A stretch of DNA of 64,000 nt from Verrucomicrobiota bacterium (GTDB lineage: Bacteria; Verrucomicrobiota; Verrucomicrobiia; Limisphaerales; AAA164-E04), in assembly GCA_047947115.1 (NCBI GenBank), contig CP170459.1, positions 1,152,001-1,216,000 of the forward strand, in the 5' to 3' direction. Under the pieces are notes generated by a model. It did no database searches. It had not been told where the DNA came from and saw only the letters and a program-made list of their open reading frames with translations. The position numbers and the translations under genes are program-made. Within the stretch, counting starts at the first letter, position 1. Every line of letters begins with the position of its first letter. Shown in pieces: positions 1 through 10,095 of this stretch.

Positions 1-723
1 GGGGGCTTCGCCTGTCGATGAGATAAAGACGCCTGTTGCTCCGTTGGGATACTCCAGGTATGCGGTGACATTATCTTCGACTTCGATGTTATGGAAGCGT
101 CCCAATTGAGCGAAGCTTCGGACTTTGCTTGGCATGCCGACCAGCCATTGGAGCGCGTCGAGTTGATGGAGGCATTGGTTCAGCAGAACGCCACCGCCTT
201 CTCCTTTCCAGGTGGCGCGCCATCCCCCGGAAGCATAGTAAGCTTCGGTGCGGTACCAATCGGTAATGATCCAATTTAAGCGAACAATTTCTCCCAGATC
301 TCCATCCTGAATCAGTTTTTTAAGTTTCAGATAGCGAGGTTCTGTGCGGAGTTGGAACATGGCTCCGAAGACAATCGCTGGATGTTTTTCGGCCACAGCG
401 ATCAGTTTCTCTGCGTCTGCCTTATGCGCGGAAATCGGCTTTTCCACCATCAGGTGAACTTGATGCTCGATGGCACAGATGCCCAGCGAAGTATGTTGAT
501 AATGGGGTGTGGCGACCAGGACGGCATCAATCTCTCCGCTCTTGATCATGGCCTCACCATCGCTGAAAACCTTCACCTTGTCCTTGTAGGCTTCCAGTTT
601 ATGAGGAGAGGTGCTGCACACTGCCGCCAATTCGGCGTGAGCCACTTCACCTCTTAGCAGGTAATCCGCGTGGTACTTCCCCATATTCCCCATGCCGACG
701 ATGCCAATTCTTACTTTATCCAT
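1..723 (-). CDS. Gfo/Idh/MocA family oxidoreductase (3' end runs off window)
   Basis: Not in the ORF track; translated by hand from ATG at 723: MDKVRIGIVGMGNMGKYH...DAVLVATPHYQH...VEKP...GGGVLLNQCLHQLD. Has a Rossmann GxGxxG and the EKP motif. Confidence 0.93.
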   Translation of the reverse strand, partial: MDKVRIGIVGMGNMGKYHADYLLRGEVAHAELAAVCSTSPHKLEAYKDKVKVFSDGEAMIKSGEIDAVLVATPHYQHTSLGICAIEHQVHLMVEKPISAHKADAEKLIAVAEKHPAIVFGAMFQLRTEPRYLKLKKLIQDGDLGEIVRLNWIITDWYRTEAYYASGGWRATWKGEGGGVLLNQCLHQLDALQWLVGMPSKVRSFAQLGRFHNIEVEDNVTAYLEYPNGATGVFISSTGEAP

Positions 724-812
724 AGTCTCTTTTCAGCGTTTCAACGTTTCGTACGGAGAATATTTGGTGACATTGAATGTTCTCGCAAGATATTATTGGC
801 CGGCTTTCGCAT

Positions 813-1524
813 TGCTGGATGGGACGATGGACGGCATTTTCATGTTCCATCCGGAAACTTTAATCTTTTCCTACGTCAACAAAGGCGCTGTTCTTCAGAC
901 GGTCTATTCTGAGGAGGAACTATTGAAAATGTCTCCTCTTGATATCAATCCGGTTTTTGATGAAAAACGGTTTCGGGAATTGCTCTCTCCTCTATTGATG
1001 AATGATTGTCCCGCCTTGAAATTCACAACTGTTCACCAACGCAAGAATGGCGAAGATATGCCAGTTGAGGCTGTGCTTCAACATCTGAAAGTTTCAGCAA
1101 ATCGATCCTAGCTCATTTGCATTGTCAGAGATAAAACGAAACGCGTTCGTGCGGAACATTCGATTAGACAACTCAATTCCAATTTTGAACAAGTCGTTCA
1201 ATTAAGTGATCATGCGACCTTGTACACGGCTGTGACCAGTGAAGCATGCATGAAATTGGAGATCGATTGCCAACCCGACCTGGTTTTTCTTGATTTCCAT
1301 TTGCCTGACTGCGAGGGAGATGTCGTTTTGACTAAACTCAAGGAGCATGAGCGGACAAAGTACACTCCTGTTTATATTCTGAGTGCAGATGCCAGGAATG
1401 AACAGATCCAGCGATTGAAAAACTCGGTGCCGTGGATTACCTGGTTAAGCCTTTTGATGCAGAACGACTCCTTGGGATCATTGAATCTCACGAACCCTTG
1501 ATTGTCACAGAAAAATTAGGCTGA
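813..1524 (+). pseudogene. Degraded PAS/PAC-receiver signalling gene
   Basis: PAS ORF 692..1111 ends at an in-frame TAG. The frame continues (LICIVRDKTKRVRAE) into receiver ORF 1220..1501 (PDLVFLDFHLPD). A frameshift in the A-run near 1417-1422 restores LGAVDYLVKPFD...TGA at 1524. Start position is approximate. Confidence 0.75.
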
Positions 1525-1525
1525 T

Positions 1526-4168
1526 TCAGAATCTTTTTTTCAGTCTCAATACCATTGTCACGGCCCCCAAAAGCCACAGTCCCAATATGCCGGGTTCCGG
1601 TATGCTGGGCACGGTCTCTAAGGGAACCGGCGTGAGGCCCATCTCTTCAAACTGTTCCATGGTTTCCAGCACAACCGCTCCGGTCAATGGAGTGACCAGT
1701 TGATGTTTGGTGGCCAGTTTTACAGCCGCTTCGGTTTGTCGATTCCGCTTGAGTCTTGCCGCTTCATCCCGGGCCCACAGTCGTTCGATATGACGTGAAA
1801 CCCGTGGGAGTTTCGTGATGTTGGTTTCCATGGTGTTTAATTTCATGGACCGTTGAAATGCTGTCTCAGGATTCAGCTTTTGAGGTGCGTTAACCCATGA
1901 GCCCAGATGTTGGGAAACGGCTTCATAGCGGGGAACACGACAAATATGCCATCCATCAAGTGCCTCCAGTACGCGGTTTGGACCCGGTTCCATCTCGGCT
2001 GCATACAGAACGATGTTCCCTCTCGTACGTTCCATACGCTGGAGTAGTGACTCCAAATGCCCCATCAACACCGGTTGTGGCCCGTGCAACCACCACACAT
2101 TGTCCGCTCCCATCTCAAGAGCCTCGTCCCAGGCTTGGGTCAAATAACCGATGTTGTCCTGACCACCACGAAACTCGAAATCCTCAAGGTGAATGAGCGC
2201 CTCTGCCAACGGTAAAAACCGGGGGGTATTTTCGTCGTAAAAGGGACTTTTTTGGTCGGTCGCAATGGAGACCAACACCTTTTCCATGGAGGACAAGCCG
2301 CCCAATGCTTTACCTATCTGTTCTTTGTAATCGCTCATCGAAACTGATCCATCCACGACAATGACAGTCGTTTTGGTCGAATCAGTGGTTGGTTGTTCCA
2401 ACTTCTGAATAATAACATGTCCGGGCTCCAACGCTTCCGTCCACACTTGCTGAATTGATTCCGGTCGTTCAACCAGTATAGTGGCGTCGGTGCCGATCAA
2501 ATCGCCATCCACCAACTCACCGTATAACGCATGATCACCTTCCTCAAGGTCGTTGCGTTTGAACAGATGTTCAGCGCTCGTCAACTGAGAGCGGGATTCA
2601 ATCCACACCCCATGTTTGAGCTTGTCCTGCAAATTAAAATTACGCTCGAGCATGACCGGCAAACGAAACCGGCCGTGCGTCAGATCGGTCATGTTCAACG
2701 GAGCCGTGATGCCTAACCGTATTTTCATGGTGCCGCCATTCGCAGGTACGGGGAAACATTGAACCAGGATTTGATCAGGGCCTGATGTCGTGATCAATAC
2801 CGGATCCCTGCGACGTTCGACCGCCACCTTTTGATATGCTGTACGCGTCTTTGAGCGACTTCCAAAAGCAGCTTCTCGCTCTTCACCATTCACCCATAAT
2901 GTCAGCCGTGAGACCACACCGCCTGGAGGAAGTAATATCTGTGTCCGCGCTTCTCTTGCCCTGTTGGAATCATTTTTGAATCCCATAGTCCATTCCGTAT
3001 AGGCGCATGCTGAGGAGGTTTCAATGCGGGTGTCCAAACGGGATGCAGACATTTCAAGACCACTCACGCGCCCCGCGACGGCTGTCCCTCCCAGCGCCCT
3101 GTCAAATTCCCAGGTGAACTCCTGATCCAATACATCCCACCTGCCATCGCGCGTATAGAGCTTGGGAGGTCGCACGGAGTTGAATGGTCTTCCTGTAACT
3201 TGATAATAAACTCGACGGGCATCTTCCTGTGTGACCTGGCCCTTCGATTGAACCAACCATCCCGACAAATCAAAAATGCGGCGCGGACGTTCGTAACATG
3301 CGCGGAGTAATGTTTCTTCCTGCCCTAAGAATCGCAACCAACGGATGCCCTTGTCCCGGGTTGATGTCACCGTCGAATCCGCCCACCGCAACCCGACGCG
3401 AGTCATCAACTCGGGGGATTCCAATACAAAAAGCAACCCCAAAGCCATGAAAAAACCCGGCCAAACAGATAAGCGTTTCACCGATCTTTGTTGCATTTCC
3501 AATCGGTATCGCTTCCAAAGAATCATGCCCGAAATCCACGCCGCCAAGGGAGTCAAACCAAGCAGCCCAAATCCGAAATAAATGATGGCCACTATCCCTA
3601 TGGGTGTGATGGGAAGAAACATCATGCTGTAAACAAAACTGACACCCAAATTGAAGGAAATGACAAAGGGCACCCATAGAGGGATGCTTTCTTCTTTTTG
3701 ATACATCCACACCAATGCCAGCAGATTGCCTATCGGAACAAATATCAACATGGCGACGTGCCACATGGAAGGCATGGGATCAAACAGGACGCCCGTGCAG
3801 AAGCGTGACATGAGTTCGATGACAACACTGACCGATGGCCAGACAACTGCTGTCAGCAATAGAGCAAACGGTAAGCTGCCTTTGTTGTCGGAGGGTTTGG
3901 TGGTTTTTGCAACGGGTTTTTGTACCGGCGGCGTAGTGGATTGAGGTGTGGTTTGAGAAATGTCCAAATGTCCAATGCGCCCCAATGTCTGACGCAACCA
4001 TTCGCCATCAATAATCGTCAAACCCGATGCATGGGCTTCTTCGTCCACATGACGTTTGAGATCTTCTTCAACTTCCGCAACGTCTGCTTCCGATCCATTC
4101 AGAGCTTCGCGAAGTCTAATGCCGTAGGTTTTCCATTCGGACTTGGCTGAGTTTGTCCATTTCGCCAT
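1526..4168 (-). CDS. Integral membrane VIT-domain/vWA-like protein with C-terminal PEP-CTERM sorting signal
   Basis: About 5 N-terminal TM helices; VIT-type segment (AYTEWTMGFKN...REAR...LPPGGVVSRLTLWVNGEEREAAF); VVDGSVSM MIDAS-like motif; C-terminus SIPEPGILGLWLLGAVTMVLRLKKRF. Confidence 0.85.
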   Translation of the reverse strand: MAKWTNSAKSEWKTYGIRLREALNGSEADVAEVEEDLKRHVDEEAHASGLTIIDGEWLRQTLGRIGHLDISQTTPQSTTPPVQKPVAKTTKPSDNKGSLPFALLLTAVVWPSVSVVIELMSRFCTGVLFDPMPSMWHVAMLIFVPIGNLLALVWMYQKEESIPLWVPFVISFNLGVSFVYSMMFLPITPIGIVAIIYFGFGLLGLTPLAAWISGMILWKRYRLEMQQRSVKRLSVWPGFFMALGLLFVLESPELMTRVGLRWADSTVTSTRDKGIRWLRFLGQEETLLRACYERPRRIFDLSGWLVQSKGQVTQEDARRVYYQVTGRPFNSVRPPKLYTRDGRWDVLDQEFTWEFDRALGGTAVAGRVSGLEMSASRLDTRIETSSACAYTEWTMGFKNDSNRAREARTQILLPPGGVVSRLTLWVNGEEREAAFGSRSKTRTAYQKVAVERRRDPVLITTSGPDQILVQCFPVPANGGTMKIRLGITAPLNMTDLTHGRFRLPVMLERNFNLQDKLKHGVWIESRSQLTSAEHLFKRNDLEEGDHALYGELVDGDLIGTDATILVERPESIQQVWTEALEPGHVIIQKLEQPTTDSTKTTVIVVDGSVSMSDYKEQIGKALGGLSSMEKVLVSIATDQKSPFYDENTPRFLPLAEALIHLEDFEFRGGQDNIGYLTQAWDEALEMGADNVWWLHGPQPVLMGHLESLLQRMERTRGNIVLYAAEMEPGPNRVLEALDGWHICRVPRYEAVSQHLGSWVNAPQKLNPETAFQRSMKLNTMETNITKLPRVSRHIERLWARDEAARLKRNRQTEAAVKLATKHQLVTPLTGAVVLETMEQFEEMGLTPVPLETVPSIPEPGILGLWLLGAVTMVLRLKKRF

Positions 4169-4169
4169 A

Positions 4170-4511
4170 TCAGGTTCCTTTGCGTTTAAGAGTGTTCATG
4201 CCTTTGATCAGCGTCTGAAGGTGTGCATCCATGGAGGTGATGGCATCTCGGCCTTCATCGGTCAGGGAATAATATTTTCTAGCGGGACCTTCGCTGGATT
4301 CTTCAAGTCGGGATGTGATCATACCATTCTTTCGAAGCCGGGAGAGCAGGGGATAAACGGTCCCTTCAGTAACACCCAGACCCGGTACACCCACCAGGCT
4401 TTTCACCAGATCATAACCATACCGCTCGCGATCCTTCAACGCCGTCAGGATGCACATCTCTAAAATCCCTTTGCGCACTTGTATCGTCCAATTGTCAAAG
4501 AAATCGGTCAT
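4170..4511 (-). CDS. PadR family transcriptional regulator
   Basis: QVRKGILEMCIL...YGYDL...EGTVYPLLSRL...GPARKYYSLTDEG. The start at 4511 overlaps the upstream stop (ATGA). Confidence 0.93.
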   Translation of the reverse strand: MTDFFDNWTIQVRKGILEMCILTALKDRERYGYDLVKSLVGVPGLGVTEGTVYPLLSRLRKNGMITSRLEESSEGPARKYYSLTDEGRDAITSMDAHLQTLIKGMNTLKRKGT

Positions 4512-4945
4512 GGCAGCGGTTCCCATCCATCGGGCTTCAAATTCTGTGGGCCAACAAAGAGGCGCGGAGGCTTGAAACGCCAGAGAATACACGTTTCTGT
4601 TTCCCAATTGAAAGTGACGGTTGCTTTGTCATTTCGAAACACAGTGAGTTGTTTGTTTTCCTTATTAACGAGGGTGGGGGCATGATTCCAATATCCATCT
4701 TGGTGATGGTAATAATACCAACCCCATGGGCTTCCCGGCTTTTGATAATAACAAGCAGTGGTAAATGGCTCACCACTCCAATTGCATTTCTGTGTGACGA
4801 TAAAGTGTGTTCCATCAGGCAATCTTTCATCCGCAATGACGCGGGTCCCATTGATGTGCCACGCAAAGAAAGAGAGCCAGAGGCAGGCCGCCATGCAAAG
4901 GCTGCCCAGGATTGCCACTTTTTTACGATGAACGATGGGATTCAT
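4508..4945 (-). CDS. Hypothetical membrane-anchored/exported protein
   Basis: N-terminal hydrophobic helix; ATGA overlaps with both neighbouring genes. Confidence 0.65.
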   Translation of the reverse strand: MNPIVHRKKVAILGSLCMAACLWLSFFAWHINGTRVIADERLPDGTHFIVTQKCNWSGEPFTTACYYQKPGSPWGWYYYHHQDGYWNHAPTLVNKENKQLTVFRNDKATVTFNWETETCILWRFKPPRLFVGPQNLKPDGWEPLP

Positions 4946-5487
4946 GTCGATGTCTTCTTCCGCTTTATATATTGAACCAACCAACAGGCTGCACAGAACA
5001 ACAACCAGGACCCCACCTGCAGAAGCCAGCCTGGTCCATCCACAAAAAATTCTCCGTCTATGGTTTCAAAGAAAAGTTCCGTAAGAATCATCGGGCACAT
5101 GACCACCGCGATCACAAGATACCAAGGCATGATAACCAGCAAAAAATACTCACTGGTGATAAATAAACCGCCGGCGATTACCGGAATGAATGGAATCACT
5201 ATGCATAGCAGCCAACTGGGTCGTTTCCACCTCCCAAAAAGATAAAGCCCGAGAGTGACGACGCCCATGATTCGAACAATATTTGCCATTGAAAAAAATG
5301 AATTGAACCATTGATCGGCTGAAAATGTTTTCAGATGTCCGTATAAATTGTCCGATTTGGAAAAGGGTATGGATTGGATGCCGAGGTCGACTATCAAAGA
5401 GAGCAGCAGTAAGCATGCTGATACCAGAACAAAAATCATAAGTCCGGTCGTTCTGAATTGCTGGTTGAGTGTATGCTGGTCAATCAT
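4942..5487 (-). CDS. Hypothetical integral membrane protein
   Basis: About 5 hydrophobic segments; first gene of the PadR operon. Start is 5487 or 5502. Confidence 0.65.
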   Translation of the reverse strand: MIDQHTLNQQFRTTGLMIFVLVSACLLLLSLIVDLGIQSIPFSKSDNLYGHLKTFSADQWFNSFFSMANIVRIMGVVTLGLYLFGRWKRPSWLLCIVIPFIPVIAGGLFITSEYFLLVIMPWYLVIAVVMCPMILTELFFETIDGEFFVDGPGWLLQVGSWLLFCAACWLVQYIKRKKTST

Positions 5488-5506
5488 TACTATGCAATAC
5501 ATAGTA
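5488..5506. promoter_or_regulatory. Putative PadR operator palindrome
   Basis: TACTATG-caata-CATAGTA abuts the operon start; TTGACA on the minus strand at 5521-5526. Confidence 0.6.
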
Positions 5507-6067
5507 GCGTGTCATGCATATGTCAAGCTTGTGTCTGTGGCGACTTAAATTCGACTTGTCAAATGGGTCTTACAGTATTTGCGGGGGATGTGGTTAGGAG
5601 GGGAGTCTGCAAGCAGTATGACGATGCGTTTAGCCTGTATGATACGAAAAAAGCCCCGCTAGTACCGTGGGCAACAGTTCCTTGGAACGTGTTACATATA
5701 GGTGGGACTGGCCCGCCGACTTTCGACTTCCAGTCAAGGCCTGACGTGGATCGACTCCAAAGGCGTGGTGCCCCATGTTTTTTATTACGGTTCAAGGATA
5801 GTATCTCAACACGAGTATAAGCAGGGCTTTAAATTTTTTCCCGCATCCATGACAAAGAGCTGTTTCGGAACATCTGCTCCGAACGCCCTTTATCCTAATC
5901 GGTGCCAATACGGATAACAATCCTTATATGCCGGAATTTAAGGCTCCCCATCGGAGGTCAGGTTCCAGGTTTCACTCAAACCGGGTGGAAAACCGAAACC
6001 GCCCTGCTGCCCGGTGCCCGAACGCGGTGGGGGTGTAGGAGAAGCTGCTGCGTTGAGCGGACACGCT

Positions 6068-6146
6068 GGCGGACGTGCGGCAGCACATCCCTACCAGCCA
6101 GGCCAGAAGCCTCCGGCTCCGGTAGGGCTCCGCTGCTGCGGGGCCG
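6068..6146. repeat. GTAG-type REP-like pair
   Basis: Minus strand GGTAGGGATGTGCTGCCGCACGTCCGCC (6068-6095) and plus strand GGTAGGGCTCCGCTGCTGCGGGGCCG (6121-6146). The first is nearly identical to 48240-48267. Confidence 0.7.
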
Positions 6147-6272
6147 TATGCGCGTTGAGGTGTCGAAAAACCTGCAGGGTTGAGCGGACTCCACGCCACC
6201 GTGAATTGCACCGGCAAGTTCCTCATTCCAACAAAACTTCATATCGGCTGGAGATCGCAGTAAGCGCCTAGC

Positions 6273-7037
6273 CTATTCGCGATCCCATAAAGCGTTCTGA
6301 TGCCCGCGTTCATACTGCCAACCTGCTTCGGCCGAACGCTTGCTGTCAGCATGTCCATCCACAAATGACATGGTGGACCGTCCGCCGTGCCGGTTGATGA
6401 CGCGTGACGGCAGACTGTCGTAGGAACCGTTGTTGGGAGTTCGAAAAAATACGGTTCTGAAGATGGTGTGTTGTTTGGAAGGATCCGTGGTGATCGTCCA
6501 TTTGTCTGCATCCTGCTCCGATGGGTTTTCAATCACGGCCGAATCCGCCAGATGAATCGTTTCCACCGGCCTTTTGACGGTGGTGACTTTGATGGTGCTT
6601 CCGTTATCAGGCAACCAAAGGCTCAGTTCATGATAGTTCAGACCGATCCCAAAACCGTCCTGAATTTTGACAGAAGGACATTGATTGACAGCCCTGTCCT
6701 GACTGTAATTGATCAACAAGTCCGGCCACCATCGAATACCGCCTTGACGATCATCCTCGACGACCTTGTTTGACGCGTCCGTATCCAGCACTGCCAGATT
6801 GATCAGTTCATCCTCGTTGTCATCTGAGTAAAGCAGCATGGCGATGCCGAGCTGACGTTTATTGTTCACACATTTGATGCCTTTCGCCTTTTCCTTTGCC
6901 TTGCCCAGGGCGGGCAAGAGCATGCCAGCAAGGATTGCAATGATGGCGATGACAACGAGCAGTTCAATGAGGGTGAATCCGAATTTCAAACGCTTGTTAA
7001 GTGCAATGGAGGACATGGATGTGTGAATACCTTTCAT
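6273..7037 (-). CDS. Prepilin-type N-terminal cleavage/methylation protein with H-X9-DG motif (DUF1559-like)
   Basis: [30 protein letters not shown]-terminal [14 protein letters not shown]. Confidence 0.93.
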   Translation of the reverse strand: MKGIHTSMSSIALNKRLKFGFTLIELLVVIAIIAILAGMLLPALGKAKEKAKGIKCVNNKRQLGIAMLLYSDDNEDELINLAVLDTDASNKVVEDDRQGGIRWWPDLLINYSQDRAVNQCPSVKIQDGFGIGLNYHELSLWLPDNGSTIKVTTVKRPVETIHLADSAVIENPSEQDADKWTITTDPSKQHTIFRTVFFRTPNNGSYDSLPSRVINRHGGRSTMSFVDGHADSKRSAEAGWQYERGHQNALWDRE

Positions 7038-7193
7038 GATGGAATACTGCTAGGATGAGCAGATAGTATAAGAGGGTCAAGCAAAGACTCGGGACACAAA
7101 GCGTCAAAAAATGTTCATGGGAGGGACTGGTTCTGAGAGGAACTGGGGAAATCTCGCGCTTGATTTTTGGCGGGATTGATTGAGGATAGCCGT

Positions 7194-7829
7194 ATGAAAG
7201 TTTCGATTTGGTCTTGTGCCTTGCTGGCTGGTGTATTGGGATGGATGACATTGCAATCGCAATCAACTTCCAGTGACAACTCAAAACCCAAGGTATCCGA
7301 AGAAATTCTCAAGCGAAGCAAGAAAGCGACCTTTGGTGGAGGGTGCTTCTGGTGCACCGAAGCCATGTTGGAAGGCATCGATGGTGTAATTGATGTGGTG
7401 TCCGGTTACTCGGGCGGCCACGTGAAGAACCCAAGCTACAAGCATGTTTGTGAAGGAACGACCGGTCATGCTGAAGTGGTCCAGGTGACATTTGACCCTG
7501 AAACAATTTCCTACGAACGTTTGCTGGAAATGTTCTGGAGATCGCATGATCCAACGACACTCAACCGCCAGGGAGCCGATGTGGGCACCCAGTACCGTTC
7601 AACCATCCTGTGGCATGATGAGGATCAGCAAAAAGTGGCTCAAGCATCCATGAAAGAGGCTGCCGGTTTGTTTAAAGCCCCGATTGTCACCAAAATTGAA
7701 AAGTTTGAGATCTTTTATCCGGCCGAGGATTATCATCAGGACTACTTCGCCAAAAACCCCCGGGCCGGTTACTGCGTTTATGTTATCCAGCCCAAACTCA
7801 AGAAGTTTAAAGATTATTTAAAAGAATAG
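7194..7829 (+). CDS. msrA: Peptide-methionine (S)-S-oxide reductase with signal peptide/anchor
   Basis: FGGGCFWCTE, GTTGHAEVVQV, DVGTQYRS, AEDYHQDY; hydrophobic N-terminus. Confidence 0.95.
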   Translation: MKVSIWSCALLAGVLGWMTLQSQSTSSDNSKPKVSEEILKRSKKATFGGGCFWCTEAMLEGIDGVIDVVSGYSGGHVKNPSYKHVCEGTTGHAEVVQVTFDPETISYERLLEMFWRSHDPTTLNRQGADVGTQYRSTILWHDEDQQKVAQASMKEAAGLFKAPIVTKIEKFEIFYPAEDYHQDYFAKNPRAGYCVYVIQPKLKKFKDYLKE

Positions 7830-7851
7830 GGAGTGTGGGGGATGTTGTCGT

Positions 7852-9804
7852 TCAAGACAGGTTTTGTTGGATCTTCTCCCGAAGTGCTTTTCCTGTGAAG
7901 GGCTTGTAGAGGGTGTCGGCCACATGAAGGTCGGCTACTTTCTCGATGGATGTCTTCATTTCGATTCCCGCGCAAAAGATAATTTTCGTTGACGGAGACA
8001 TGGCTCGAATGGATTCAACCAGCGTCTTACCGTCCATCACCGGCATCACAACATCCGTTATCACCAACCCAATTTCGGCTTGATACTGTTTGAAAACTGC
8101 AAGTCCCTCCGCGCCATTACTGGCGAAGATCACCTTATAACCGCGGTTACCCAGCAGGATTTCGACAGAACGCTTGATATTTTCCTCATCATCAACAAAA
8201 AGGATGGTTTTCTTGCAGGACGGTGAGATTTTTGTGGTTTCTTCCATCACTTCAGCTTTCCCTTGTAACTTCAAAGGCAGGTAAACCTCAAACTCAGTCC
8301 CGCCTCCTGAACGAGGGCCGTGTTTGATGGCACCGTCATAGTTTCTTACAATGGTCAGTGTTTCAGTCAAACCCAATCCACGGTGAGTATCATTCTTTTC
8401 TGTGTAAAAAGGTTCAAATATCCGTTCTCTATTTTCATTTTCAATTCCATGTCCTTCGTCGGCAATCGTAATATGCAAATAGGTCCCCGGTTTTAGTTGC
8501 AATGAATCATATGCCTCGGTGTCTGACTCAACGATCGTAGACCGGGCCCGAATCAGCAGAACTCCCCCTTCCGCCATGGCTTCTATGGCATTTTGCACCA
8601 TATGATCGAGCATGGTGTGAATCAGGGCCGAGTCAGCTTCCAGAACTCCATGCAAATGATCTGCGATTTGAAATTCATATCGTATTCCTTTTGGATGCTG
8701 CTTCTTGATTTCCTCCGCATACCCAAGTATTAACTTATGTGGATCCAATTGTTCTGTTCGTGGACTCAGATGATCAACAGAAAGCAAGAATGGACGAAGG
8801 ATACTGCGTGCAATCCGGACGGAACTTCCAATGCGTTCAGTGATTTTTTGATGTTCTTTTAACTCCGGCAGCGATTCCAGAATTTCTGCATCCAACAAAA
8901 TCGGAGTAAGAGCATTGTTCAATTCATTGGATATACTGGATAGGCTTGATTGAAGTGTCGCAAGCATCTTGGAAGATTCGCGAGTCTTTTGAATTTTCCG
9001 ATTTTCAGTGATGTCCCATAGGATGCATTGCACCGAATCAATATCTCCTTTGACATCCTTTACTGGCGCAGTGAGCCCAAGATATGTCCGGAGATATCCC
9101 GGATCATCTCCAGAGACTGAAAACTCCCGCTCGATTCCCCGGCCATTACGGAAAGTTTGTTCAATCACTTTTTGAAATTCCTTTACCATAGCTGAAGTAT
9201 TCAGTTCCCGAATGTTTTTCCCCACCATTTGCCCGGTTTGTAAACCAAACAGCTTTGTTATTGGCTTGTTGACATATTCCAATACACCATCCCGGTTACA
9301 TAGAAACAAGCCGGTTGGCAGGATTTCGATCAAAGATTGATACGAATGCTGGGATCGTTGAAATCTTAATTCAACTTTCTTTCGCTCTATGGCGTAAAAG
9401 ATGGACCTCATCAGGATGTCCTCGTTCAAAGACTGCTTGAGCAGAAAATCGCTTGCTCCAACATGAGCTGACTGGAACATCATCGACCAATTACGGATGT
9501 TGCTCAAAACAATGATGGGCGCTTGGTGTCCAAATTCCAACAACTCCTCCAATACCAAAAAACCATTGGCATCCTGTAGATTCACGTCGGTCAAGATTAC
9601 GTCATAGGAGTTTGATACCAACTGATCCACGGCCTCACGTAAGCTCATTGCGTGATCAATCTTGAAGGTAGCCACATGGTCAGGAAGTGCTGCGCCGTGA
9701 AATAACGCGTCTACCTTTTTGGAAAAGGTCAGATCTGATTCCACCAGCATCACTTGAATATGATCACTGTCCGCCTTGCACACTTCATTGTTTGGCCTTG
9801 TCAT
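7852..9804 (-). CDS. Hybrid sensor kinase-like protein REC-PAS-HisKA-HATPase-REC (H-box His replaced by Asn)
   Basis: Receiver domains at both ends; PAS (YVNKP...WDITE); SISNELNNALTP; NAIEAM, DEGHGI, FEPFYT, GLGL. Confidence 0.88.
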   Translation of the reverse strand: MTRPNNEVCKADSDHIQVMLVESDLTFSKKVDALFHGAALPDHVATFKIDHAMSLREAVDQLVSNSYDVILTDVNLQDANGFLVLEELLEFGHQAPIIVLSNIRNWSMMFQSAHVGASDFLLKQSLNEDILMRSIFYAIERKKVELRFQRSQHSYQSLIEILPTGLFLCNRDGVLEYVNKPITKLFGLQTGQMVGKNIRELNTSAMVKEFQKVIEQTFRNGRGIEREFSVSGDDPGYLRTYLGLTAPVKDVKGDIDSVQCILWDITENRKIQKTRESSKMLATLQSSLSSISNELNNALTPILLDAEILESLPELKEHQKITERIGSSVRIARSILRPFLLSVDHLSPRTEQLDPHKLILGYAEEIKKQHPKGIRYEFQIADHLHGVLEADSALIHTMLDHMVQNAIEAMAEGGVLLIRARSTIVESDTEAYDSLQLKPGTYLHITIADEGHGIENENRERIFEPFYTEKNDTHRGLGLTETLTIVRNYDGAIKHGPRSGGGTEFEVYLPLKLQGKAEVMEETTKISPSCKKTILFVDDEENIKRSVEILLGNRGYKVIFASNGAEGLAVFKQYQAEIGLVITDVVMPVMDGKTLVESIRAMSPSTKIIFCAGIEMKTSIEKVADLHVADTLYKPFTGKALREKIQQNLS

Positions 9805-10095
9805 TGTTAGTTGGTTTTAAATTGACCCCACCACCAACCTATCAAACCCCTCATTATTCAAGTCAACGTTTCATGATTTTTTTTACAAAGAGACGACAAA
9901 AACCTTCCATGGGGTGAGTTGCTTGGGCAGCCGGGTATTTATTGCCAATGAAAGTTGATTAAATTCCAATTTCTCATTAGGAAATTCTGCTTTTAGAGAT
10001 CAGTTTTCTGTAGCGAAATACAATCAGGTCCTGCAGAGCGTACTGGCGGTGGGAAACTTAATCGATCCAGTCAATTTCATTAGATTTGTAAACAT

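Noticed and set aside
4512..4607. Longer PadR start at 4607
   Set aside because: Overlaps the upstream gene; ATG 4511 gives ATGA coupling and a normal PadR length.
5560..6060. Long intergenic region that could hold an ncRNA or riboswitch
   Set aside because: No tRNA, tmRNA, RNase P or riboswitch consensus recognised by eye; an Rfam scan would be needed.
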